Positions 1 through 6,164 of a stretch of DNA of 11,317 bases are shown piece by piece. Under the pieces are notes generated by a model. It ran no database searches. It was given only the letters and a program-made list of their open reading frames with translations, and had not been told where the DNA came from. Source of the stretch: Candidatus Bathyarchaeota archaeon (GTDB lineage Archaea; EX4484-52; B79-G9). The stretch spans positions 1 through 11,317 of the forward strand of contig JAIVYS010000024.1 of assembly GCA_048635325.1 (NCBI GenBank), read 5' to 3'. Made by a program: the position numbers and the translations under genes. The stretch's first letter is position 1, and the number at the start of each line of letters is the position of its first letter.

Positions 1-147
1 CTCTGCCCTTCAGGGTGCTAACCGTCAAGTAAACCACTCCATACTGTTGGAGGCGCAAAGTAATCAAAGAACAATCTATACACTGCAGAATTCGCGTTGG
101 CTTCGGATGCTGTTTTGATCACTCACATCTTAAAGAAGAATATACTA

Positions 148-495
148 CTACTTCTTCCCGCCAAAAAGAAGCCTTTTCAAAAACCCAAGAACTACTTTAA
201 AGGGCCAGAGAATCAAGCCAATTATGTGCGCACCCAATTTTGACGCGCGAACCACCCATTTTAGAATCTCATAAAGAAGGTACACACCCACACCTGCTGT
301 TGCGAACTGAAAAATAGAGCCAATGCCTGTAGGCATGCTTGTCCCGAGAAACGCATTTGAAATAAAAGGAAATGCCATTGAAAGGACAGCGATTATTATT
401 GTATTCTTTATGACATGAAAGATGTAATATGCTGCTACAAGAAACAGCAGGAACACAAAAAAAGACACGCCATCAAGTACTGGAATAGATACCAT
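148..495 (-). CDS. small polytopic membrane protein (3-4 predicted TM helices), function unknown; second gene of a two-gene minus-strand operon
   Basis: ATG-initiated 115-aa ORF (cat at 493-495 on the + strand). The hydrophobic segments FFVFLLFLVAAYYIF, IIIAVLSMAFPFI, GVGVYLLYEIL and IIGLILWPF are visible in the translation. It begins 8 bp downstream of the 504..1220 gene on the same strand. I recognise no catalytic motif. Confidence 0.5.
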   Translation of the reverse strand: MVSIPVLDGVSFFVFLLFLVAAYYIFHVIKNTIIIAVLSMAFPFISNAFLGTSMPTGIGSIFQFATAGVGVYLLYEILKWVVRASKLGAHIIGLILWPFKVVLGFLKRLLFGGKK

Positions 496-503
496 AAAAA
501 CCC

Positions 504-1220
504 TCAGTTCCCGGGTGCAAGAATCATATCTGTCTCAAAGACTCCTGTGCCGTCAAGAATAAGCGAGTTGCCGGAAAGCATTGTTACCTTGCCCCTGAAA
601 GAATCAAGCATGATGCTTATGTCAGATGCCGTATACACAATCTTGTTCTCGTTTTCTGTAACAGTTATTGTGCCTGTGACATTCTGAAGGCTAAAAGACG
701 TCTTTGGCACCCCGGAAAGCTCAACCAGAGCATACTTTATCTCATTTCCGGAGACCTTTATTGCGTTTTCCTGGCTGATGTAGCCGGAATCATACTTTAC
801 CTGCCCGGATGTTCCTGAAAAAGACAGCCCTTCCTGCGTTACAGAGACATCCCCCTCAAAACTTCGAAATTCCATATTCGTCACCGTCGGGCTGCTTATT
901 GAAAGGCTTCCAAGCGAAACCATTGCATCCTTATCAGTATATTTTATTGAAAGCGCGCTCATCGGCTCTGAAACATCTATGTGCAGCCCAGGCTCCTGCA
1001 CAAATGCAAGGGTTGCATATATGCGCAAGTCCCTTGATTCTGATGTTGAGATGTATTTTGTGACAAAGCCTGTCGGGTCGTCAACAGCCCCTGAAAACAT
1101 ATTATCAAGGGACACGTTTTCAAGAATATAAGTTATCCCGCCGCCGAACGCGACCACAAGCAAAAGCACAAGCGCTGCAACAACCTTTGAATTAACCATA
1201 ATCACAACTCCTACCAACAT
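504..1220 (-). CDS. membrane-anchored or exported Ser/Thr/Gly-rich beta-rich protein (possible adhesin-like or DUF4097-like fold), function unknown
   Basis: ATG start (cat 1218-1220). The N-terminal hydrophobic anchor or signal is KVVAALVLLLVVAFGGG. It is followed by ~200 aa of alternating polar and hydrophobic, S/T/G/V-rich sequence with recurring ...VSG..I.V..S... strand-like patterns. The apparently out-of-frame + ORFs 415..687 and 809..1063 are treated as shadows. Confidence 0.55.
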   Translation of the reverse strand: MLVGVVIMVNSKVVAALVLLLVVAFGGGITYILENVSLDNMFSGAVDDPTGFVTKYISTSESRDLRIYATLAFVQEPGLHIDVSEPMSALSIKYTDKDAMVSLGSLSISSPTVTNMEFRSFEGDVSVTQEGLSFSGTSGQVKYDSGYISQENAIKVSGNEIKYALVELSGVPKTSFSLQNVTGTITVTENENKIVYTASDISIMLDSFRGKVTMLSGNSLILDGTGVFETDMILAPGN

Positions 1221-1265
1221 TTAATTGGTGCATATCTTATTAATATTTTACTACAAAAATGCCTT
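1221..1265. promoter_or_regulatory. AT-rich bidirectional promoter region (TATA-like ttattaatatttta at 1238-1250) between divergent genes
   Basis: A 45-bp intergenic spacer lies between the divergent ATGs at 1220 (-) and 1266 (+). The AT-rich box sits about 16-28 bp from purA ATG and about 20-30 bp from the minus-strand ATG. Confidence 0.35.
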
Positions 1266-2261
1266 ATGGGCGCAACAGTTGTTGTGGGCGGTTTCTTCGG
1301 GGACGAGGGCAAGGGAAAGATAACAGGATACCTCGCAAACCATGACAAGCCCGATATTATAGCGCGCGGCGGCGTAGGGCCGAATGCAGGGCACACGATT
1401 TACCACAATGGCAAAAAGTTTGGCTTAAGCCAGATACCGTGCGGATTCGTCTACCCAAATGCAAAGCTTTATCTTGGCGCAGGGGTTCTTGTGAACCCGG
1501 ACACATTTCTTAGAGAAGTCAAGGAAACAGGCACAGACGGGCGCATATTTGTTGACAACAACTGCACAGTTATCATGCCTGATCATATAGAGCGCGATAA
1601 GTGCGCGAACTCCTGCAAGATTGGCACAACAGGCACAGGCTGCGGCCCTGCAAACGAGGACCGTGTGAAGCGCATTGCCCCTCTTGCAAAGGATGAGCCA
1701 AAGCTGAAGGGCTATGTCGCAGATGTTGCTCTTAAGGTCAATGAGGCCATAAAGGCAGGAAAGAAGGTTCTTCTCGAGGGCAGCCAGGGTATGGGGCTGT
1801 CGCTTTACCAGGGCACATACCCGTTTGTCACTACAAAAGACACCACAGCGTCCGCATTCTGCACAGATGTCGGCATAGGGCCAAAAGCTGTTGATGACGT
1901 CATAGTTATATTCAAGGCATACACTACCCGCGTGGGCGAAGGGCCGTTCCCGACAGAATTCAGTGAAGAAGAGACAAAAAAGCGCGGATGGCAGGAATAC
2001 GGCACAGTGACCGGCAGGGCAAGGCGCTCTGGCGAGTTTGACTATGAGCTTGCAAAGCGCGCAGTCATGATAAACAGCGCAACCCAGCTGTGCATCACAT
2101 GCCTTGACAAGAGGTTTGAGGGCTGCGAGGGCGCAAAGGCGTTTGACGACCTGCCTGAAGGCGCAAGGGCGTTCATAAAAGGGATAGAGGCGCGCCTCGA
2201 AGTTCCGGTAACGCTTATTTCTATTGGGCCTAATGAAGAAGATGTTGTTGATTTGAGGTAG
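1266..2261 (+). CDS. purA: adenylosuccinate synthetase (archaeal short form)
   Basis: The N-terminal P-loop GDEGKGK (MGATVVVGGFFGDEGKGKITGYLA) is the canonical PurA GTP-binding motif. Other typical PurA blocks are GPNAGH, TTGTGCGPANEDRV, LLEGSQGMGLS and TGRARRSGEFD. The ~330 aa length fits archaeal PurA. Stop TAG is at 2259-2261. Confidence 0.9.
   Translation: MGATVVVGGFFGDEGKGKITGYLANHDKPDIIARGGVGPNAGHTIYHNGKKFGLSQIPCGFVYPNAKLYLGAGVLVNPDTFLREVKETGTDGRIFVDNNCTVIMPDHIERDKCANSCKIGTTGTGCGPANEDRVKRIAPLAKDEPKLKGYVADVALKVNEAIKAGKKVLLEGSQGMGLSLYQGTYPFVTTKDTTASAFCTDVGIGPKAVDDVIVIFKAYTTRVGEGPFPTEFSEEETKKRGWQEYGTVTGRARRSGEFDYELAKRAVMINSATQLCITCLDKRFEGCEGAKAFDDLPEGARAFIKGIEARLEVPVTLISIGPNEEDVVDLR
2218..2261 (+). 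repeat. direct repeat copy A (44 bp): the in-frame 3' end of purA (…ISIGPNEEDVVDLR*)
   Basis: tttctattgggcctaatgaagaagatgttgttgatttgaggtag. The core cct·N·atgaagaagatgttgttgatttgaggtag (2229-2261) is repeated at 3506-3538. The 29-bp stretch atgaagaagatgttgttgatttgaggtag is identical in both copies. Confidence 0.85.
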
Positions 2262-2264
2262 GGT

Positions 2265-3452
2265 TTACACGACCTTGTCCTTGTGAAGGATTATCAGTAT
2301 AATGCTTCCTGCAGCAAGGGTTGTGACGCCTAGAATGGTCAGTGCCTGAACTATGCTGTAAACATCTGCAATCCACCCTATGATCGGGATTATTGCAGCA
2401 TAGAAGAGCTGCCCTACAAGATTCTGGGCAGACAGGACTGTTGCGCGCACATCTGATGTTGTCAGCTTGTTGACATAATCTGTCAGCACAACGCTTGAAA
2501 ATCCTCTTACAAACTGCTGCATGAATGCAAAAGAGAAACTAAAAAGAAAGACGAAATTGCCCATTAATAGATAGCTTATGCCAACCAAAACAATGAGCAT
2601 CACCAATGACCGTCGTTGCCCTATTTTTTCTTCAATTACATGGGCGTATTTCGCGCTTAAGGCAGCAACTATATTGAAGGCAGCGAAAACAAGCCCGAAA
2701 TACAAAACATCAAGGCCGCTCAGCGCGAAATATGGCTGGTATAGCCACAATACAGCGCCATTGAAGCCAAAAACTACTGCGGAATAAATCATCAGCCAGC
2801 GCAGTTTTTTATTTTTCACAAAGGAATTCTTTAGAATTTCAATCATTTCAAAAAGATAGCCTTTTTTGAAAATTCGTTTGTGCCGCAGGGGTTCCTTCAT
2901 ACTCAAGGATATTGGGATAAGTAAAAACACAAATGGTATCATTGCATAAAAAGTCCAGCGAAAATTTATCTTCGCGATGAAACCCCCGACAACGCATGCA
3001 ACAGACAGGGCAATAAGGGAATAAAACAAGCCATTCCCCCAGACTTTCTTGTATGTTTTTTCCTGATTAAGATCCTCCAGTGTGTCATAGACTAGCGCAG
3101 AGTCTGCACCGGACGCGAGGGACGCGCCAAAAGCCCACAATAGTTCTGCTACAAGAAAATGATAAAAATTATGCCCTATGCTGTACACAAGTATGCCTAC
3201 TGCAAAGAATGCGCTCGCATACACAAGTGATTTTTTTCTGCCAAAAATATCGGCGAAGTATCCTGTCGGAACCTCAAGCACAACAACGGCAAGCGAAAAC
3301 AAGGACTGTAAAATCATAACCTGTGTCAGATTAAGCCCGTTTTCCTGCCAGAACAAAACCAGAATAGGTACGAAAAAAATCAAACTTCCGAATATCTGGA
3401 ATAAATAAAACTTCCAGATATTACTCTTCAGCTTTTGCACTCTATCTTTCAT
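2265..3452 (-). CDS. major facilitator superfamily (MFS) transporter
   Basis: ATG start (cat 3450-3452). The 395-aa protein has ~12 hydrophobic segments. The MFS signature GYFADIFGRKK (G-x-x-x-D-R/K-x-G-R-R/K loop between TM2 and TM3) is present. The gene is convergent with purA, with only 3 bp between the stop codons. Confidence 0.85.
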   Translation of the reverse strand: MKDRVQKLKSNIWKFYLFQIFGSLIFFVPILVLFWQENGLNLTQVMILQSLFSLAVVVLEVPTGYFADIFGRKKSLVYASAFFAVGILVYSIGHNFYHFLVAELLWAFGASLASGADSALVYDTLEDLNQEKTYKKVWGNGLFYSLIALSVACVVGGFIAKINFRWTFYAMIPFVFLLIPISLSMKEPLRHKRIFKKGYLFEMIEILKNSFVKNKKLRWLMIYSAVVFGFNGAVLWLYQPYFALSGLDVLYFGLVFAAFNIVAALSAKYAHVIEEKIGQRRSLVMLIVLVGISYLLMGNFVFLFSFSFAFMQQFVRGFSSVVLTDYVNKLTTSDVRATVLSAQNLVGQLFYAAIIPIIGWIADVYSIVQALTILGVTTLAAGSIILIILHKDKVV

Positions 3453-3476
3453 TATAATGGATGTGTTGGAGGTGGT

Positions 3477-3486
3477 TTATATAACA
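3477..3486 (-). promoter_or_regulatory. TATA-like box (tttatataac) about 25-33 bp upstream of the MFS ATG
   Basis: An AT-rich octamer sits at archaeal TATA spacing relative to ATG 3452. It lies inside the repeat-bounded cassette, just before repeat copy B. Confidence 0.4.
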
Positions 3487-3495
3487 GAGAGAACC

Positions 3496-3538
3496 TTTCT
3501 GTTGGCCTGATGAAGAAGATGTTGTTGATTTGAGGTAG
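3496..3538 (+). repeat. direct repeat copy B (43 bp): degenerate, frameshifted non-coding copy of the purA 3' end
   Basis: tttctgttggcctgatgaagaagatgttgttgatttgaggtag. Relative to copy A it has two A>G transitions and a 1-nt deletion in the 5' part, then 29 identical bp. Flanking sequences diverge completely after ...gaggtag. Confidence 0.85.
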
Positions 3539-3545
3539 TAATAAG

Positions 3546-3986
3546 CTATTCTTCGTTTTTTTCAACAAACTTGTGTGTGGCTAAATATAATTCCTCTGGT
3601 TCTATTAACCCTTCTATTAATAGCAATAGCATGCATTCGGGGTATGAAACAGAAACTCTCATTCCGCCAGTCGTAACATATTTGAGACGGTCTTCTGTTA
3701 GCCTTCCTTTATCATCTTGTGATATATCAGATAGTACAGCGTCTTGACCGCCTTCAACATCACGGACATGAATAACAGGGATAGTAGAATCAGATACATA
3801 AAGATCTATTTCATTTCCATCTGTATAGGTCATATTCAAATCATATTTCTTGGCAAAATCCTGCCATTTTTCACGAAATAAGAAATCCATCATCAAGCAC
3901 CTACGTATACTACCAACAAGTAACTTTATATTTCTACTTATTGCCTGATTTAAGTCATGTGGTTGAGCCAAACTAACTTTCCACAA
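3546..3986 (-). CDS. hypothetical protein, third gene of the MNT/HEPN operon; start uncertain
   Basis: The ORF is open from the TTG at 3984-3986, which lies 1 nt after the HEPN stop. A tandem ATG-ATG sits at 3888-3893 (MMDFLFREKW…), with a TATA-like gaaatataaag on the minus strand at ~3924-3934, about 31-41 bp upstream. Either start is possible: 146 aa from the TTG or ~115 aa from the ATG. I recognise no domain. The sequence is acidic and AT-rich. Confidence 0.45.
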   Translation of the reverse strand: MWKVSLAQPHDLNQAISRNIKLLVGSIRRCLMMDFLFREKWQDFAKKYDLNMTYTDGNEIDLYVSDSTIPVIHVRDVEGGQDAVLSDISQDDKGRLTEDRLKYVTTGGMRVSVSYPECMLLLLIEGLIEPEELYLATHKFVEKNEE

Positions 3987-3987
3987 G

Positions 3988-4419
3988 TCAAAGATCTGCA
4001 GAAGGAGGGATTAGAAAGCATTTAATTTCTTTTATTAATTCCTTGCATTTTTCTATAGCTTGTTTTGAGGTATCAAAATCCATTCTGTTTCCATAATACG
4101 TCAGGGAATTTCTTTTGTACCGCAAATCATCAAATACTCTGTATAGATCGTCTCTCGTTAGGACATCCCTTAAATAATACCCAAGACAAAGATGATTTAA
4201 TATCTTATAGCCTTTTTTAACAACCAAGGCCTGCAATAATTCCAATAAAGAAGTATAATAATCTTCAAATACAAAGTTGCAGTTTTTCTCATCTATGTCT
4301 TTTATGATGCTTATCCGTTCTTCTGCGATTTCAATTAACGAACTTGCTCTTTCTGCATCTGGAGAAACTTCCCTTGCAGAGTTACTCTCAATGCAATCAT
4401 TCCACGAAGTGTCTTTCAT
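3988..4419 (-). CDS. HEPN-like protein (putative toxin partner of the adjacent MNT); canonical Rx4-6H motif appears degenerate
   Basis: The 143-aa ORF starts with an ATG that overlaps the upstream MNT stop in a 4-nt ATGA (4416-4419). The protein is small and helical, with a C-terminal RYKRNSLTYYG segment positioned like the HEPN R-x(4-6)-H motif but with Tyr where His is expected. HEPN assignment rests mainly on operon context with an MNT and on size. Confidence 0.5.
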   Translation of the reverse strand: MKDTSWNDCIESNSAREVSPDAERASSLIEIAEERISIIKDIDEKNCNFVFEDYYTSLLELLQALVVKKGYKILNHLCLGYYLRDVLTRDDLYRVFDDLRYKRNSLTYYGNRMDFDTSKQAIEKCKELIKEIKCFLIPPSADL

Positions 4420-4949
4420 CGGAATACCTCTAAATAATTGTTTAATGTAATCCCGTTTATTATGTTATTTGCCAAATGATTGTTTTGGACTTTTTGAATA
4501 TCCCCATACTTAAATACATGGATTTTCCTTTGAAGCAGGTTCTCAAACTTTTCTAAAGTAATGCTTTTTTTAGAGGGAGTCCCTATATATAAATCCAGGT
4601 CACTGTTTTCTGTATCTTCTCCATTTGCGTAAGAGCCAAAAAGAACAACCACCGGGTTGCTTAAGGTTTCTTTGATATAGTCTAAAAGACAGGAGTGATG
4701 AATTTGTTTAATATTGAAAAGCCTTTTTTCTAATAAATAGTCTCCATTTGTTTTGTCAGCTGTATAGAATACAATGTTTCCTGTTTTTATTGTTTTTAAT
4801 ATCCCTTCCTGCCCTAACTCTTTGCAATACCGTATCACAGAAGGCAAAGAAAGTTTTAGTGTTCTTTCAACCTCCCGAACCCTGAGCTTAGCAGCGGGGT
4901 TCATGAAAAAGTATTCTTTAATTGCCTCTTTGATATTTTTTCTTATCAT
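4416..4949 (-). CDS. winged-HTH fused minimal nucleotidyltransferase (MNT / Pol-beta-type NTase superfamily)
   Basis: ATG start (cat 4947-4949). The C-terminal half carries the NTase signature GSYANGEDTENSDLDLYIG (GS…[DE]h[DE]h). The N-terminal ~70 aa are basic and helical, like a wHTH (KLRVREVERTLKLSLPSVIRYCKELGQEGIL). Confidence 0.8.
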   Translation of the reverse strand: MIRKNIKEAIKEYFFMNPAAKLRVREVERTLKLSLPSVIRYCKELGQEGILKTIKTGNIVFYTADKTNGDYLLEKRLFNIKQIHHSCLLDYIKETLSNPVVVLFGSYANGEDTENSDLDLYIGTPSKKSITLEKFENLLQRKIHVFKYGDIQKVQNNHLANNIINGITLNNYLEVFR

Positions 4950-4968
4950 ATGATAACATATGATATCA
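4943..4968. promoter_or_regulatory. candidate autoregulatory operator: perfect 14-bp palindrome ttatcatatgataa plus tandem catatgata repeats overlapping the MNT start codon
   Basis: ttatcatatgataa at 4943-4956 is its own reverse complement. catatgata recurs at 4947-4955 and 4958-4966. The 18-mer 4951-4968 (tgataacatatgatatca) matches its own reverse complement at 16 of 18 positions. The element lies between the TATA at 4973-4982 and the ATG at 4949. Confidence 0.45.
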
Positions 4969-4972
4969 GTTG

Positions 4973-4982
4973 ATATTTAAAG
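4973..4982 (-). promoter_or_regulatory. TATA-like box (minus strand ctttaaatat) 24-33 bp upstream of the MNT ATG
   Basis: An AT-rich box sits at archaeal spacing from ATG 4949. Confidence 0.4.
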
Positions 4983-5063
4983 TTATCGGTTACGAAGTTT
5001 TCGTACAGTTGTTAGCTTTATGGCAGGTGCTTTGCATGGTTACGGTTATGCCGTTTAAGATAT

Positions 5064-5073
5064 CTTTATAAAC
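5064..5073 (+). promoter_or_regulatory. TATA-like box (ctttataaac) upstream of rps17e
   Basis: It lies about 32-41 bp upstream of ATG 5105. Confidence 0.4.
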
Positions 5074-5104
5074 ATCCTACCCAAATAACGTGTCTGGTGA
5101 ACAC

Positions 5105-5299
5105 ATGGGACGAATAAAGCAGAAATTCATAAAAAGGACAGCCAAGGCGCTCTACGACGATATGCCTGAAAAGTTTAGCCCTGATTTTGATAAGAACAAG
5201 GCAGTTGTAAACGAGTTTGAGATAACCTCAAGCAAGAAGCTCCGAAACAAGATTTCAGGGTCTCTTGTAACAAGGGCAAAAGCGAAGAAGCTTGAATAA
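5105..5299 (+). CDS. rps17e: 30S ribosomal protein S17e (eS17)
   Basis: MGRIKQKFIKRTAKALYDDMPEKFSPDFDKNKAVVNEFEITSSKKLRNKISGSLVTRAKAKK matches the archaeal S17e pattern (MG+I+..FIKR.A+.L…P.+F..DF..NK..V……SKKLRN+I.G). The ~64 aa size is typical. The ORF track began at an upstream GTG (5090); the ATG at 5105 is preferred. Confidence 0.85.
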   Translation: MGRIKQKFIKRTAKALYDDMPEKFSPDFDKNKAVVNEFEITSSKKLRNKISGSLVTRAKAKKLE

Positions 5300-5323
5300 T
5301 TTCTTTCTGAGAGTTCAGCTAAA

Positions 5324-5365
5324 TTATTGCGCAGCCAAAAGCATATATTAATCATTGTGCAATAA
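5324..5365. promoter_or_regulatory. imperfect inverted repeat (ttattgcgca … tgtgcaataa, 9 of 10 positions complementary) bracketing the TATA-like box catatatta (5342-5350) of the stomatin gene
   Basis: The arms are at 5324-5333 and 5356-5365 with a 22-bp spacer containing the TATA. The ATG is at 5371. Confidence 0.3.
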
Positions 5366-5370
5366 CTTGT

Positions 5371-6117
5371 ATGGATTTGCTTACACTGCTTCCTATCATT
5401 CTAATCATCTTCTTTGCAGGTATCCGAATAATAGACCAGTATGACCGTGGGGTCAAATTCACTTTCGGAAAATACACAGGCACTCTCCAGCCCGGCTTTC
5501 GCTGGATTATACCTGTTGTAGAGCGCGTTGAAAAGATTGACATCCGCGTCATTACAGTTGATATACCCTCGCAGGAAGTTATGACTCAGGACAATGTCCC
5601 GATAAAAGTCAATGGCGTAGTGTTTTTCAAAGTGATCAGCGCAGACAAGGCAGTCCTTGAGGTTGAAGAATATAATTTCGCTGTCTCTCAGCTAGCCCAG
5701 TCCGCACTTCGCGACATGTGCGGCAAGGCAGAGCTTGACCAGGTCCTTGCAAAGCGCGAGGAAATAGGGGACAAGATACAGAAGGTTGTTGACAAGGAGA
5801 CAGACCCCTGGGGCATAAAGGTCACTGATGTCAAGATAAAGGACATTGAGCTTCCTGAAAACATGAAAAGAGCCATGGCGCATCAGGCCGAGGCAGAGCG
5901 TGACAGGCGCGCGAAGATAATTCTTGCACGGGCTGAGAAGCAGGCGGCACAGGGGCTTCTTGATGCCGGAAGAATAATTGATAAGTCCCCGTCATCCCTG
6001 AAGTTGCGCCTCTACCAAACTTTGTCAGAGATTGCATCAGAAAAGAACTCTACAATAGTTTTTCCGTTCCCTGAAGAAATGATTGAGCTGTTCAATAAAG
6101 GGAAAAAGAAGAAGTAA
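5371..6117 (+). CDS. SPFH/band-7 family protein (stomatin/prohibitin-like)
   Basis: An N-terminal TM anchor (LLTLLPIILIIFFAGI) is followed by an SPFH core (YDRGVKFTFGKY…, IDIRVITVDIP.QEVMTQDNVPIKVNGVVFFKV). A stomatin-type coiled-coil tail follows, with MAHQAEAERDRRAKIILARAEKQAA…LRLYQTL. Confidence 0.85.
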   Translation: MDLLTLLPIILIIFFAGIRIIDQYDRGVKFTFGKYTGTLQPGFRWIIPVVERVEKIDIRVITVDIPSQEVMTQDNVPIKVNGVVFFKVISADKAVLEVEEYNFAVSQLAQSALRDMCGKAELDQVLAKREEIGDKIQKVVDKETDPWGIKVTDVKIKDIELPENMKRAMAHQAEAERDRRAKIILARAEKQAAQGLLDAGRIIDKSPSSLKLRLYQTLSEIASEKNSTIVFPFPEEMIELFNKGKKKK

Positions 6118-6151
6118 TGGTTTCTGAATCGTGCGTAATCTTGTGCATCAC

Positions 6152-6161
6152 TTAAATTTTT
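6152..6161 (+). terminator. oligo-T tract (ttaaattttt) between convergent stomatin and LDH/MDH genes
   Basis: A T5 run lies at 6157-6161, 40 bp after the stomatin stop. Archaeal terminators are typically oligo-T. Confidence 0.3.
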
Positions 6162-6164
6162 GCA

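Noticed and set aside
1-147. 46-codon open frame on the + strand ending near 118 (…NSRWLRMLF*), possibly the C-terminus of an upstream gene
   Set aside because: It is too short and featureless to call, no start lies inside the window, and it could equally be non-coding 3' flank of the minus-strand operon.
415-2005. Small ORFs 415..687+, 809..1063+, 1211..1396- and 1805..2005-
   Set aside because: Each overlaps a better-supported gene on the opposite strand (the membrane operon or purA). The 1211..1396 ORF would also span the divergent promoter.
2578-3408. + strand ORFs 2578..2787, 3080..3319 and 3178..3408
   Set aside because: They are antisense to the MFS transporter gene and have biased composition without motifs.
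5152-6037. Minus-strand ORFs 5152..5355, 5352..5552, 5688..5876, 5692..5883 and 5831..6037
   Set aside because: They overlap rps17e, the stomatin gene and its promoter on the opposite strand. None has a recognisable motif.
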